The notes: a model not told the origin generated them from the letters alone. Shown: positions 37,803 to 52,210, numbered from the whole stretch's first letter. The stretch is 63,849 bases of DNA, filler included, from Octopus bimaculoides (GCF_001194135.2; 6 parts of 5 records of this genome joined end to end with filler, not necessarily neighbours in it), one strand, 5' to 3'. Program-made: numbers and translations.

Positions 37803-39051
37803 CAGGGAACAATGGGTAAATTTTCGCATTTTTAATTTCGCCCAGTTTGTTTTGCTTTTTGTCGACAACACAGTATAGTAGGATCAGTTGGGCATCGTTC
37901 GTGAGAAAAATAGCACCATAACGTAATTTACTCTGCCAAAAATTTGGAAGCGACATGGTGTACTGCTTGACATTCGCGTCAGAAGCTCCAATACGAACAT
38001 TTCAGTTTGAAGAGAGGATTCGGAAAGAGTTGGGTGAGTCTAATGGTGATTACGAAGGTACGGCAACTCGAAAAACTCTTTCTGATCGTTTTGATAAGAA
38101 AAGAACTCCTGAATTTGTTGGTGAGATCCAGACCACGATTCAAAACGCACCCCCTCCCAAGTCAGTGATGTCCATTTCCACGGATATGGGAGTGTCTGAG
38201 TTTCTTATCAGGCGGGTATTGCATGAAGACATTAGGTATTCCTCATATAAGATAAGAAAGGGCCATTTTTTATCCCAAGCCATCAAAGACAAGAGGTAAG
38301 ACCGCGCTACGAAGCGTTTGAACAAACTCAAGTAACCCTTCCAAACGAACATGCCTTGGTTTCTCTCTGACGAGAAAATTTTCTGTCAGGATCAGATGGC
38401 GAACATACACAACAACTATTGGCTTGCCGTGTACCGAAAACATGTACCGAGAGTGGTAAAAATCAAATATCCAGTCAACATCATGGTGCTTGGAGTGATC
38501 ACTAGTGATGGCCACGTTATGCTTCCATTCATCTTCCCACACGACCTCAGACTTAACACGGAGGCCTACATCAAGTGCCTGGAGGAAGTAGTGCTGCCCT
38601 GGGTCAAGAGGGTGGCTGCTGGAAGGCCCTATGTCTGGCAACAGGACTCTGCACCATGCCACACAAGCAGGAGAACCCAGTCATGGCTGTTAGACGATTT
38701 CTGAGATCACATCACCCCTAACATCTGGCCACCTAACTCCCCAGATTATTATGTGTGGGCACAGTTGAGCGAGAGATCAACAAAACTCCTTGTAACACCT
38801 AAGATGAACTGAAGGCAAGGATTAGGGCAGCTTTCATCAACTTGAACAAGGAGACCGTCCAGAAGGGTTGCATGAGATTCCGAAGTCGTCTAGAGGCCGT
38901 GGCTGAAGCCAATGGCGATTTTATTGAATAAATTTACTCTTTAGTATTTCAAGATATTTTTATGTAATTTTGGTAAATATTTTTGTTAAAATCAGATATC
39001 AGTGTTATTTTCATTTTTGCGTAGTTTAAACAATTTACTCACTGCACCCTG
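37803..39051 (+). mobile_element. maT (DD37D) transposon, decayed, full length
   Basis: WFLSDEKIFCQDQ, KYPVNIMVLGVITSDGHVMLP and VWQQDSAPCHTS. Imperfect TIRs CAGGG(AA/TG)CA(A/G)TG(G/A)GTAAATT. Confidence 0.9.
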
Positions 39052-39834
39052 NNNNNNNNNNNNNNNNNNNNNNNNNNNNNNNNNNNNNNNNNNNNNNNNN
39101 NNNNNNNNNNNNNNNNNNNNNNNNNNNNNNNNNNNNNNNNNNNNNNNNNNNNNNNNNNNNNNNNNNNNNNNNNNNNNNNNNNNNNNNNNNNNNNNNNNNN
39201 NNNNNNNNNNNNNNNNNNNNNNNNNNNNNNNNNNNNNNNNNNNNNNNNNNNNNNNNNNNNNNNNNNNNNNNNNNNNNNNNNNNNNNNNNNNNNNNNNNNN
39301 NNNNNNNNNNNNNNNNNNNNNNNNNNNNNNNNNNNNNNNNNNNNNNNNNNNNNNNNNNNNNNNNNNNNNNNNNNNNNNNNNNNNNNNNNNNNNNNNNNNN
39401 NNNNNNNNNNNNNNNNNNNNNNNNNNNNNNNNNNNNNNNNNNNNNNNNNNNNNNNNNNNNNNNNNNNNNNNNNNNNNNNNNNNNNNNNNNNNNNNNNNNN
39501 NNNNNNNNNNNNNNNNNAGAGAGAGAGAGAGAGAGAGAGAGAGAAGTAAATATGGAGGAATTTAGTTACAGAAGCGTATTTGCGTGTTGCTTCACCTACA
39601 TATATATATATATATGGCCACGTATAAATGTGTGAATTTGATGTGTTTGATTTATTATAGCTTTCTCGAGTTAATAGGGTGCTGTTTTACGAGTTGAAAG
39701 GAGGTGTTTCGTAACCTTTAACCAGAGCTGCGTTGCTTCTTTGACCAAGGCACGTAACTCTTACATGACCCAGACCACCAGGCTCAAAAGAAGCACCATT
39801 GGGTGAAATAGCTACCCACCTCATCTACAACTCC

Positions 39835-39892
<58 letters not shown>

Positions 39893-39927
39893 ATCTATCT
39901 ATCTATCTAGCTATCTATCTATCTATT

Positions 39928-39983
<56 letters not shown>

Positions 39984-40016
39984 CATCCATCCATCCATCC
40001 ATCCATCCATCCATCC

Positions 40017-40089
<73 letters not shown>

Positions 40090-40292
40090 ACCACACCGAC
40101 GTTTTATTTCTATGTATACGCTAAGATTTCAACTCACACCTTATAGATACTTTTGGAAGGGATGGCCGTTAGTGAAGCTTAAGGTGGTATCTTCAGTTGT
40201 ATCACAACGAGACATGAGCTATACAAAGCCGCACAGTCAATGTTTTGTACGGTCATATGCAAGCATGCGCTGTGACATTTCAGAATTAGGGA

Positions 40293-40341
<49 letters not shown>

Positions 40342-40936
40342 NNNNNNNNNNNNNNNNNNNNNNNNNNNNNNNNNNNNNNNNNNNNNNNNNNNNNNNNNNN
40401 NNNNNNNNNNNNNNNNNNNNNNNNNNNNNNNNNNNNNNNNNNNNNNNNNNNNNNNNNNNNNNNNNNNNNNNNNNNNNNNNNNNNNNNNNNNNNNNNNNNN
40501 NNNNNNNNNNNNNNNNNNNNNNNNNNNNNNNNNNNNNNNNNNNNNNNNNNNNNNNNNNNNNNNNNNNNNNNNNNNNNNNNNNNNNNNNNNNNNNNNNNNN
40601 NNNNNNNNNNNNNNNNNNNNNNNNNNNNNNNNNNNNNNNNNNNNNNNNNNNNNNNNNNNNNNNNNNNNNNNNNNNNNNNNNNNATATATATATATATACG
40701 TATATATATATCGGAGGAGGTCTGTGCGTGTGTGCGAATGTGTATGTGTGTATGTGTGTGTGTATGTGTGTACACATTTACATATTCATATATACATATA
40801 TATGTATGTATATAAGGGACAGACACATACACACAGAAGCATATATTTACATAGGTCTACAGACATAAGCGCACAAGTACACACAAAAATATCGCATATA
40901 CGGTCTATATATACATAATGCATAAATACATATGTT

Positions 40937-40973
<37 letters not shown>

Positions 40974-41077
40974 GTTTATACACACACATGTATGTTTCCA
41001 CACACATGTATGTATACATACACAGACACACACAACATATATATGTATATTGGGAGGGTATGATTAAGTATTTGTGT

Positions 41078-41125
<48 letters not shown>

Positions 41126-41406
41126 GTGTCCGTATGAGACTGTATTTAGAGTGTGATACAGTGTTGAAAGAAGGAAAGCAGAGTGACGGCGGAGTGGGAG
41201 AAGAGATAAAAGAAAGACTTAAATAGATGACGTAGATGAAAAAGGTGATGACTAAATGATGAATGTGCGTTCTTGCACTCAGAATCACACACACACACAC
41301 TATTAAGCATACACATAAATGCATACACACACACGTACACGACATACACGTCCGTGCATATCTGTGTGCAGGCATGCGTACATGCGTACACATATATGTA
41401 CACACA

Positions 41407-41452
<46 letters not shown>

Positions 41453-42082
41453 NNNNNNNNNNNNNNNNNNNNNNNNNNNNNNNNNNNNNNNNNNNNTTAA
41501 TTAATTAANNNNNNNNNNNNNNNNNNNNNNNNNNNNNNNNNNNNNNNNNNNNCCGCCATACAACAACTCCGCCCATTCCTCCTGCCACTCACTCACCACT
41601 TAGCCTTTCGCTAAACACTTTACAACCGTTATTCCACTCTAATTGCCGCCATCCTTTGAGATCTTCCAACCGAGAGGTGCGCCTAACAATCTCTCCGCCT
41701 CCTTTTAATCTAACACCTCCTACCCTCACTTTCATCTTACACCACAAAACTTAAGGCCTTTATTTAACATCCCCTTGTTTTCTTATCGTGTAATTCTGTT
41801 GGTTTCCGTGAGTTTTCCTGCGTTTTCTCAGGTATTTCTGGCGGTTGAACAGCTTTATTTTAATTCGGTGTTGCCTTCGTTCATTGTAAAGTTATACGGA
41901 AGCTATATGCATGCGTGTGTGCGGACGCAAAATTTTATATAATGTATGATATATGTATACATACACATATGTATATGTGTATTTACACACACACATACAC
42001 ACACACACACACACACATACGCACACACACGCGCACACACACACATACACACATACACACACACACACATGACAAACACATG

Positions 42083-42114
<32 letters not shown>

Positions 42115-42338
42115 ACATATCCGTGTACATATACATATATATATGTGTGTATGTATGTATGTATGTATGTTTGAATGTATGTATATATACATACACACAC
42201 ATACATAGATATATAATGAATGGTTTCGTGGTGTCTATTTACTTTTGAGATGCATCTCCGTGTGAATGTGTATATTTACCTGTGTATATGAATACGTATA
42301 TATAATGATTTATAAGTCCCCCTCCCCCACCACAGACA

Positions 42339-42369
<31 letters not shown>

Positions 42370-43156
42370 TTACGCACGCACATATATAGAAGATGAAGGT
42401 GGAAATAGCACTGAAATATATCTAAGACGTTTCAATTTAAGAAATAATTTAATAAACATGATTTNNNNNNNNNNNNNNNNNNNNNNNNNNNNNNNNNNNN
42501 NNNNNNNNNNNNNNNNNNNNNNNNNNNNNNNNNNNNNNNNNNNNNNNNNNNNNNNNNNNNNNNNNNNNNNNNNNNNNNNNNNNNNNNNNNNNNNNNNNNN
42601 NNNNNNNNNNNNNNNNNNNNNNNNNNNNNNNNNNNNNNNNNNNNNNNNNNNNNNNNNNNNNNNNNNNNNNNNNNNNNNNNNNNNNNNNNNNNNNNNNNNN
42701 NNNNNNNNNNNNNNNNNNNNNNNNNNNNNNNNNNNNNNNNNNNNNNNNNNNNNNNNNNNNNNNNNNNNNNNNNNNNNNNNNNNNNNNNNNNNNNNNNNNN
42801 NNNNNNNNNNNNNNNNNNNNNNNNNNNNNNNNNNNNNNNNNNNNNNNNNNNNNNNNNNNNNNNNNNNNNNNNNNNNNNNNNNNNNNNNNNNNNNNNNNNN
42901 NNNNNNNNNNNNNNNNNNNNNNNNNNNNNNNNNNNNNNNNNNNNNNNNNNNNNNNNNNNNNNNNNNNNNNNNNNNNNNNNNNNNNNNNNNNNNNNNNNNN
43001 NNNNNNNNNNNNNNNNNNNNNNNNNNNNNNNNNNNNNATATATATATATACACATATATGTACATACATATACATATGCATGAATATACTGAAACACACA
43101 CACACACTTACACACACACACACACACACACACATGCATATATATATACGTCCATA

Positions 43157-43830
43157 TATTGGGTCATCTCATAAATAATGTGTTTCTTTTTTCAGTTGCA
43201 TGAGCTAAAAGTCGGAGGGGAACGGGATAAACTACTTGCATGAACTAGCTATAAGAGCAGATAGTAATTTCACCTTGTACTTATTCTTAGTGCAAGTTTT
43301 GAAGAGTGCAGATCGAAATTAAAAGTTATTTTTTCAAAGCTATAACAGAAGTGACAAAATAGCATAATCGGCATATTTTGCTTTATGAGTTCAATAAAAG
43401 CAACAACGCAACGGAAAGTGTGAGAAATATTGATGCAGTCTATGGCGATCGGACAATAAGCATAACCCAGGGTCAGCGGTGGCTCCAGAATTTCCAAGCT
43501 GGAAACTACAGCCTAGAAGACGAGCCTTGTCTTAGAAGGTCTGTGGAACTTGACGAAAACGTCCGGCAAACCCTGGTGGAACAAAATCCCATTGTGACTG
43601 TTGAGGAACTTGCAGAGAAGCTTGGATTTGGTCATTCAACCATTTATCGGCACCTGCGTGCCATCAGAAAATAATCATCTTTGGTTCCAAGACGAAAGGT
43701 GTTCTTCCATCAGGATAATTAATACTCGGCCACATAGAGCGAGGATGACATTCCAAAGGCTGGAACAGGTTGAATGAGGAACGATGCTCCACCCAGCACA
43801 TACCCCGGACATTGCCTCATCTGATTAACA
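43157..43830 (+). mobile_element. mariner transposon, internally deleted
   Basis: N-terminal HTH region (MLYEF...RW..NF..GNYSLEDEP...VEQNP..TVEELA), fragments of the HQDN.RPH and PDIA.SD motifs, and a TIR-like TTGGGTCATCTCATAAAT. Confidence 0.85.
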
Positions 43831-43957
43831 TTTAAAGTGAGTGATGGTACACATCAGTCTTATAAAGTGAGTGATGATAAACATCAGTCATTTAAATTGA
43901 GTGATGGTAAATATCAGTCATCTAAAGTGAGTGATGGTAAATATCAGTCATTTAAAG
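43831..43957. repeat. 30-bp minisatellite, about 4.2 copies
   Basis: Unit TTTAAAGTGAGTGATGGTAAATATCAGTCA. Confidence 0.95.
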
Positions 43958-44386
43958 AATCCGGAATCAATTTTAAATACCTGAGTGAAATATTCCGATT
44001 TATAGAAAGACATTCCGAAAGCGATTCAAATTTATGACGAAGCGTAAAATTTAACTGAATGGCAATGGTAACATGGAATTGATATAGATAAAAATTAGGG
44101 GTTCCCCCAGAAACGAAATAGAAGAATACTTGATGTCTGTATTTTTTTATATTTACATATATAAAGTAGACATTTAAAGGGACCAGTTTTATATCGTGTT
44201 CTTATTATTTCATTTCTTTTCTTTCTTTCGTAATTCAAATTTTTATAAATTTGGTGAAAAGAAAATTCACACTGTGTGCGTGTGTATGTGCGTGTCTACA
44301 TATATACATATATTATACATATATTATATACACCTAAATAGTTTACAGTTCCATATAAGTAGAGTCAACAAAGAAATTATTCCCTC

Positions 44387-44430
<44 letters not shown>

Positions 44431-44624
44431 GATATACACAAATTACAAAAGAGATATAAATAGTTTCATGCTTTAAGAAACATTAAATTGCTTGAAGATA
44501 CATGGCATGTTATCTAAATCTGCCAGTTTAATGTATCTCTAAAGTACGAAACTATTAGTAGCCTCCAATTTTTACTCGTACGTAAAGATTGTCCGATATC
44601 CATTCTTAAGTCACATAGCTTTGT

Positions 44625-45070
44625 AAGAAGCTACCGAGTCTTGGAACACACATGGACCAACACTGCATACTTCATACATCCAGGACGTAACATCTGTCGC
44701 CAGTTCTCCAATTTAACCAGAAGTGTTAATTTTAAGACCCTGTGAGGTGGTTTGACATGGCCCTCCTTCATCACAACTCCTAGAACCATCACAGTTCCTG
44801 GAAACTTAGTGTCCATTACCCTGGTGACATCAGAATGAGCTGCTCATCTGTCATGTCTCTCGTTATACATTTGGTCTTAGTCGAAGATTTCTCAACGGAG
44901 AAGAAACAAAGCGCAACATATTACGTTTTTTAAGTAACCACTTGGCACAAGTCAAAACGGTTATCCTGGCTTTCCAGACATGAATTGGCCTCTTCTCAGT
45001 GTATACGACTTGTAGCCAATGTGCTCGGGCACCGCAATTCAGATTGTCTACTCTGACACCTGAAGTTCTT
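44625..45070 (-). mobile_element. maT (DD37D) transposase fragment
   Basis: FFSVEK... and MDTKFPGTVMVLGVVMKEGHVKPPH, homologous to the copies at 12.4 kb and 38 kb. Confidence 0.8.
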
Positions 45071-45122
45071 TGGCAATAGCTTTCATGTGTGTGCGTATGT
45101 ATGTGTGTGTGTGTGAGTGTGT

Positions 45123-45173
<51 letters not shown>

Positions 45174-45948
45174 NNNNNNNNNNNNNNNNNNNNNNNNNNN
45201 NNNNNNNNNNNNNNNNNNNNNNNNNNNNNNNNNNNNNNNNNNNNNNNNNNNNNNNNNNNNNNNNNNNNNNNNNNNNNNNNNNNNNNNNNNNNNNNNNNNN
45301 NNNNNNNNNNNNNNNNNNNNNNNNNNNNNNNNNNNNNNNNNNNNNNNNNNNNNNNNNNNNNNNNNNNNNNNNNNNNNNNNNNNNNNNNNNNNNNNNNNNN
45401 NNNNNNNNNNNNNNNNNNNNNNNNNNNNNNNNNNNNNNNNNNNNNNNNNNNNNNNNNNNNNNNNNNNNNNNNNNNNNNNNNNNNNNNNNNNNNNNNNNNN
45501 NNNNNNNNNNNNNNNNNNNNNNNNNNNNNNNNNNNNNNNNNNNNNNNNNNNNNNNNNNNNNNNNNNNNNNNNNNNNNNNNNNNNNNNNNNNNNNNNNNNN
45601 NNNNNNNNNNNNNNNNNNNNNNNNNNNNNNNNNNNNNNNNNNNNNNNNNNNNNNNNNNNNNNNNNNNNNNNNNNNNNNNNNNNNNNNNNNNNAAATATAT
45701 GTATGCTTTTGTATGTGTGTGTGGAGGTAACATATGGCAAAACACAAGCAATGGTATATTGACCTTTAATAGAAATTGAGAAGGTCGCTGACCGACAGAT
45801 GTAGCGCCGTTGAATTAAAAAAAAAAAACATTTCATCTTTTGAAATTATTTGTGGTGTATATATATATAACTAACAATTGGCTTCTGGTGTATATATATA
45901 ACGTCGTAATATAATATAATTATTAACAATATGTGGCTTTGTTTTGAA

Positions 45949-46009
<61 letters not shown>

Positions 46010-46039
46010 AACCAATATACACAAAAGCATATGCATTCT

Positions 46040-46760
46040 ACAATATAATCAGTTATGAACAATATGCTCTGTTTCGCCGGACAATTATACATACATACAT
46101 ACATACATACATGTCTTTTTTCTGTGGAAGACATCACGCATGTGATTAGCAGCTGTTCTAAAATGTTATCCGGTACTACCTCCCTATGCGGCACGATGTT
46201 GTTGCTAAAACAATTTACAATGTCAGCAAAAAAAGACTGTCCTGAAACAAACTTAGAAAGTCCCTCTGTTATGGAATACATTCTTAAATACCAACTCAAG
46301 GAATACTGGTGAAATATTCCCATCAAAACTTCTGTCAAATGTAAGCATAACAGGCCGGATATTGTTGTTTGGGACAGAGGTGGACAAAGGAATATACCAT
46401 CATAGAGGTTAGCTGCCCTGCAAATATAAATATTTCTTTGAAAATCCAAGATAATGAAGATATCTATGGACAACTACTTCAAAACCTCCAGCTTCTATAT
46501 CCAGACTATGAATTCATATTCATACCAATAATAATTGGAGCACTAGGTTTTGTTAGTAAATGCTTAAAGGAGAATCTGGATAAACTGGGATTTTCAGAAA
46601 GAGAAACTGACCGTCTAATTTGTATTTTACAAGTGCAATCTGTGAGTGGAACAGTAAAAATATGCAAGACTTTTCTCAAGTTCCAAATGTGAATTTGTCT
46701 CTGTTAACTACATTCCAAAGATGGAGCCTTGTATCTTTGTTGGAAACTGGCTCCCTCCTC
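46040..46760 (+). mobile_element. R4/Dong-clade LINE C-terminal CCHC and restriction-like endonuclease fragment
   Basis: EDITHVISSC, RHD.VAK, HNRPDIVVWD, IIEVSCP and IPIIIGALG...KICKTFLKFQM*. Confidence 0.85.
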
Positions 46761-47045
46761 TGTGGAAGATTTATAATAATAAAAGAATAGAAGAGACATA
46801 CCTACATGCATACACATACGTACATACATACATACATACATACATACATACATGCATACATACATACATGCACACAAGAATGTACCCTCATAGAGGACAC
46901 TGCTTCGAAACTTCCAGCTTCTATATCCAGATCATAAATTCACACATTTACCAATAATAATTGGTGCAGTTGGCTTTGAAAGTAAGCATCTAAGTGACAA
47001 TCTGGATAAGCTTGCATTATTATTGAATATTGTCAGTGTCGCAGA

Positions 47046-47082
<37 letters not shown>

Positions 47083-47249
47083 NNNNNNNNNNNNNNNNNN
47101 NNNNNNNNNNNNNNNNNNNNNNNNNNNNNNNNNNNNNNNNNNNNNNNNNNNNNNNNNNNNNNNNNNNNNNNNNNNNNNNNNNNNNNNNNNNNNNNNNNNN
47201 NNNNNNNATTATTAAAGCTGATAAAACATCACAACAACATCAGAAATAA

Positions 47250-47287
47250 CTGCTACTGAGAGTTTCACGTTCCCGTTCGTCGGACAG
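47250..47287 (-). ncRNA. Minimal type I hammerhead motif, near-intact (U4C)
   Basis: Minus strand reads CUGU-CCGACGA-ACG-GGAA-CGU-GAAAC-UCUCA-GUA-GCAG. All three stems pair and there is one core substitution. Confidence 0.6.
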
Positions 47288-47689
47288 TTTAGATTCTAAA
47301 TCAGTTTTAATAATAATAATAGAGCATATTACTCTACCTCCGGTATTCGAGTACTATTCTTTCTCACCTTGGTTCATATTTATGTGCTTACTTGGTATAT
47401 ATATATATAGTCAATTTCCTCCAATGTCCTCCAATGTCCTCCTTATTGATTATAAAATCCAGAAATTAACTGGTATTATCGATGATATATTGAGAGAGTT
47501 TTCTCAATAGAGACGGATAAACAGTCTAATTTACATTTTTAATTAATATAACAAAACGGAGAAAAAATATTATGGATACTTATTTTATTTCTATCACAAT
47601 AAAAACATATAAAATAATTTAACATAAATAAAATTTAAAGGAACATAATATTACATAAAGTAAGCATAAAAAGGGCCTATGCATGTTCC

Positions 47690-48412
47690 AATCTGGTCAC
47701 TAGGTAAACAGTGCCTCAGATCCGAAGGATTCGAACTATGTTAAGGGGTGTAGATGTAAAAATAACCTAATTTCACCAGATATCTTCAGGGCTGCCTATT
47801 GAAAAAGGCTGTCAACTTAATGTTTACATTACTTGGATGTTTAACATGCGTGGTACTCCGTCGGTTACGACGACGAGGGTTCCAGTTAATCCGATCAACG
47901 GAACAGCCTGCTCGTGAAATTAACGTGCAAGTGGCTGAGCACTCCGCAGACACGTGTAGCCTTAGCGTAGTTCTCGGGGAGATTCAGCGTGACAGATAAA
48001 ACAGAAACAGGAAGAAAAAGTGAGAGAAAGTTGTAGTGAAAGAATACAGCAGAGTCCGCCAACACCTCCTGCCGGAGCCTCGTAGAGCCTTAGGTGTTTT
48101 CGCTCAATAAACACTCACAGTGCCCGGTCTGGGAATCGAAACCGCAATCCTACGACCACGAGTCCGCTGCCTTAGCCACTGGGCCATTGCGCCTCCAAAA
48201 TTCTTAACATACGAATATGAGGTCCTCATCTATCTTATTTAGTACGTTTTTACTACCAATTTGAATTCCTCTGAAAAATATGTAAGCATTAGCCTTTTTC
48301 AGTAGGCAACCTTGAAGATATCTGGTTAAATTAGGGGCTTATTACATCTACACCTCTTAACAGGGTTCAAATCTAGAGGATCCGAAGCACTGTCTCCCTA
48401 GTGAGCAGATTC
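47690..48412. mobile_element. Foldback MITE with ~140-bp imperfect inverted arms, interrupted by a SINE
   Basis: 47690-47830 is the reverse complement of about 48275-48412 (CACTAGG..ACAGTGC.TC.GATCC...GGTGTAGATGTAA...CCAGATATCTTCA...GAAAAAGGCT). Confidence 0.75.
47840..48196 (-). mobile_element. tRNA-derived SINE, near full length
   Basis: Minus strand begins GGAGGCGCAATGGCCCAGTGG (A-box) with B-box GGTTTCGATTCCC. Confidence 0.85.
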
Positions 48413-48414
48413 TT

Positions 48415-48620
48415 TTCTGTTCTAGGCATAAGGCTCGAAATTTTTGTGCAGAAGGCCAGTCGATTAGATCGGCCCAAGTACGCAAATGGTACTTAATTTA
48501 TCGACCCCGAAAGGATGAAAGGCAAAGTCGACCTCAACGGAAATTGAACTCAGAACGTAAGGACAGGAAATACTGCTGAGCAGTTCGCCCGGCGTGCTTA
48601 ACGTTTCTGACAGCTCGCCG
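48415..48620 (-). mobile_element. MetaSINE-like SINE
   Basis: Minus strand has GAGGTCGACTTTGCCTTTCATCCTTTCGGGGTCGATAAATTAAGTACC. Confidence 0.7.
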
Positions 48621-48786
48621 CCCGCCTCACGTAGTGACCTGATTGAAACACGTGTAGCCCCACTTAATGCTTATTTTATGTTCCTTTAAATTTTATTAGT
48701 ATTAAATTATTTGATATGTTTTATTGTGAAACAAATAGAATAAGTATCCATAATATTTTTCCTCCGTTTTCTTATATTAATATATT

Positions 48787-48875
<89 letters not shown>

Positions 48876-49901
48876 NNNNNNNNNNNNNNNNNNNNNNNNN
48901 NNNNNNNNNNNNNNNNNNNNNNNNNNNNNNNNNNNNNNNNNNNNNNNNNNNNNNNNNNNNNNNNNNNNNNNNNNNNNNNNNNNNNNNNNNNNNNNNNNNN
49001 NNNNNNNNNNNNNNNNNNNNNNNNNNNNNNNNNNNNNNNNNNNNNNNNNNNNNNNNNNNNNNNNNNNNNNNNNNNNNNNNNNNNNNNNNNNNNNNNNNNN
49101 NNNNNNNNNNNNNNNNNNNNNNNNNNNNNNNNNNNNNNNNNNNNNNNNNNNNNNNNNNNNNNNNNNNNNNNNNNNNNNNNNNNNNNNNNNNNNNNNNNNN
49201 NNNNNNNNNNNNNNNNNNNNNNNNNNNNNNNNNNNNNNNNNNNNNNNNNNNNNNNNNNNNNNNNNNNNNNNNNNNNNNNNNNNNNNNNNATATATATATA
49301 TATATAACAATTGAAAGAAATTTATTGAAATTCTTCCAAACACATATCTATAATCACATTGTTTGTAAAACACGCAATAACCTACAGGATTTGTTTCTAC
49401 ATTTTTTTTTTCATAATCGTTTCTTCAATATAAGTTCACACGATTGTTATGAAATCATTTCTTTAGGTTCATTTCTCTCATTTCTACGCGCGCGCGCGTG
49501 TGCGTGCGTCCGTGTGTGTATTCATATATACATGTATGTATGTGTGTAAAACTTTATTATTGAAGACTAAGGGAAGATATATATGGATGTGCATGCGTAA
49601 GCTGATGTGATATATATCGCAGACAATCCTATAGTATATATATATATATATATATATGCAAATACATAGACAAGATCTATATTACATTCTGTGCAAGCGT
49701 ATATGTATGGGATGCAAAATACATATTCTTCTTTCGCCTCTTGAGGCAATCATTGTATAAAAAGCTTGAATCAGCGAGCGTGACGTTAGCAGTCGAACAA
49801 GTCAATCAGCCCCTGTCTTATTGCCTCTTGTCAAAGGTTCCATACATTAATTTTATTAATTTATCTGGCTGCTAATACATTCACAGGCATCTACGCACAC
49901 G

Positions 49902-49943
<42 letters not shown>

Positions 49944-50328
49944 CACAAATATTTAGATATAGACAGACAGATAGATGTAGATATATGAATACAAGATGTA
50001 CATCTGTATAGATGTAGCTATGTATATATATATATATATATNNNNNNNNNNNNNNNNNNNNNNNNNNNNNNNNNNNNNNNNNNNNNNNNNNNNNNNNNNN
50101 NNNNNNNNNNNNNNNNNNNNNNNNNNNNNNNNNNNNNNNNNNNNNNNNNNNNNNNNNNNNNNNNNNNNNNNNNNNNNNNNNNNNNNNNNNNNNNNNNNNN
50201 NNNNNNNNNNNNNNNNNNNNNNNNNNNNNNNNNNNNNNNNNNNNNNNNNNNNNNNNNNNNNNNNNNNNNNNNNNNNNNNNNNNNNNNNNNNNNNNNNNNN
50301 NNNNNNNNNNNNNNNNNNNNNNNNNNNN

Positions 50329-50402
<74 letters not shown>

Positions 50403-51434
50403 AGACAGAGAGAAAGTGAGAGAGAAGGTACATACTTATATTCATCCATATTTGTACATAGATATATACATGTATATATTATGGACAACTTTTCTTTTAA
50501 ACATATTAAATTGGCGCACGACTGTGTTCAGCTTTATACATTTTATTAAATATATTCCACGTTCTTTTATAGTCCTTCACGTTTAGTTTGAAACAATAAC
50601 ATTCCTAAATCCTTTAATATTTCAATACCTTCTGAATGAAATGTTAATAAAACCGTTTCGTTGTTACGTTTATTATTAAGCAACAAAGGAACATAGGAAT
50701 AAGGTTGGAACAGGAAAAAAAATCATCGCCAAATTTAAAATTCTTCCACGTCGAACCACTTGTTATATTCCTGTTTTATTTCGTGTGTGTTACATCTGTG
50801 TTGATTTTTCCGTTGTATTTCACTATTAATTATACTCTCTGTATCACGCTTCTTAGAATTCTGCATGGAATTGGTGTGTTACCAACTAAGGTTTTTCTGT
50901 CGAGTTTTCTGTGTGTGTATGTGTGTGTGTGTGCTGCATTAATATACGTAACACAATAACTCTTTGTTGATGCACATCTGTCTGTGTATGATTGTGTGCT
51001 TGTGTGAGCATATGAAACTATAATTGTTTGAAGGAGGAGTCACTGGTGTTCCCATTTCCCTCACCAACTCCCCCCTCTCTCTCTCTCTCACACACACATA
51101 CACACACTTCTCTTTTACTCTGCATAAAAAACCCTTCGGCAACCCCTATTTAAACTCTCTCTTAGACTCTCTTAGACTCTCTTTCGCTCAATAATTCTCT
51201 CCCTTCCTCTGTCTCTTCCTTCTTCTCTTCCGTACTCTCTCTTCCACTTAATCACTCTCCCACTCATTCTTCCTGTTTCTCTCACCCTCTTTCTCTCCTA
51301 CATATGACCTCCTCCTTTTCCTCCTAACCTGACAAACGGTTCAACCAAGATACAAACGCTATACGTATTACATAGTTATACATAACACACAAACGCACAA
51401 ACACACACACAATACACACACAATACACACACAG

Positions 51435-51491
<57 letters not shown>

Positions 51492-51554
51492 GATATTTCG
51501 TTCGATTAGAGCTCTGGATATGTTTCTAAAATTAATCCGAGTTATACGAGGCAA

Positions 51555-51790
51555 CTGTAAGGCGAGATAAATAAAAAAGCTATTTTCCGCTGTGGCATAA
51601 CCATATTCGATCGCTACAACAATGAGGGCGAGGAATTTTTGAGCAGAATAGTCACAAAAGAGGAAACGTGAGTCCATTATTATGGGACATTATCCAAGAG
51701 ACAGAGTATGGAGTTGAAATATCCTGGCTCGCCAGTGACGAAGGAATTCGAGACACAATCTTCCACCGGGAAGGTGAATGTAACCTTTTT
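51555..51790 (+). mobile_element. mariner transposase internal fragment
   Basis: Translation FDRYNNEGEEFLSRIVTKEET*VHYY...SKRQSMELKYPGSP...SSTGKV matches the mariner IVTGDETWVHHY...KRQSMEW region. Confidence 0.75.
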
Positions 51791-51820
51791 TTTGGCGGGG
51801 GGACTCAAAAGGGCCTAGAC

Positions 51821-51917
51821 GATATATCTTTTCCCTTGTACATATATCTTTTCCCTTGTACATATATCTTTTCCCTTGTACAGATATCTTTTCCCTTGTA
51901 CATATATCTTTTCCCAT
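51821..51917. repeat. 20-bp minisatellite, about 4.8 copies
   Basis: Unit CATATATCTTTTCCCTTGTA. Confidence 0.95.
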
Positions 51918-51934
51918 TTAACTGTTATGTTCCA

Positions 51935-52152
51935 GACATTAGACTGCGGCCATGCTGGGGCACCGCCTTAAAGAACTTTTAGTCGAATGAATCGAGCCCT
52001 GTACTTATTCATTTATATATTTATTTATTTATTGTTAAGCCTGTTACTTATTCTATAGGTGTCTTTTGCCGAACCGTTAAGTTACGGGGATGTAAACACA
52101 CCAAACCCGGTTTTGAGCTGTAACGGGAGACAAACACAGATACAGGCACGCA

Positions 52153-52210
<58 letters not shown>

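Noticed and set aside
48150-48196. tRNA-like A/B boxes here and at about 24150, 37440 and 15190
   Set aside because: These are SINE heads without a full cloverleaf or acceptor stem, not tRNA genes.
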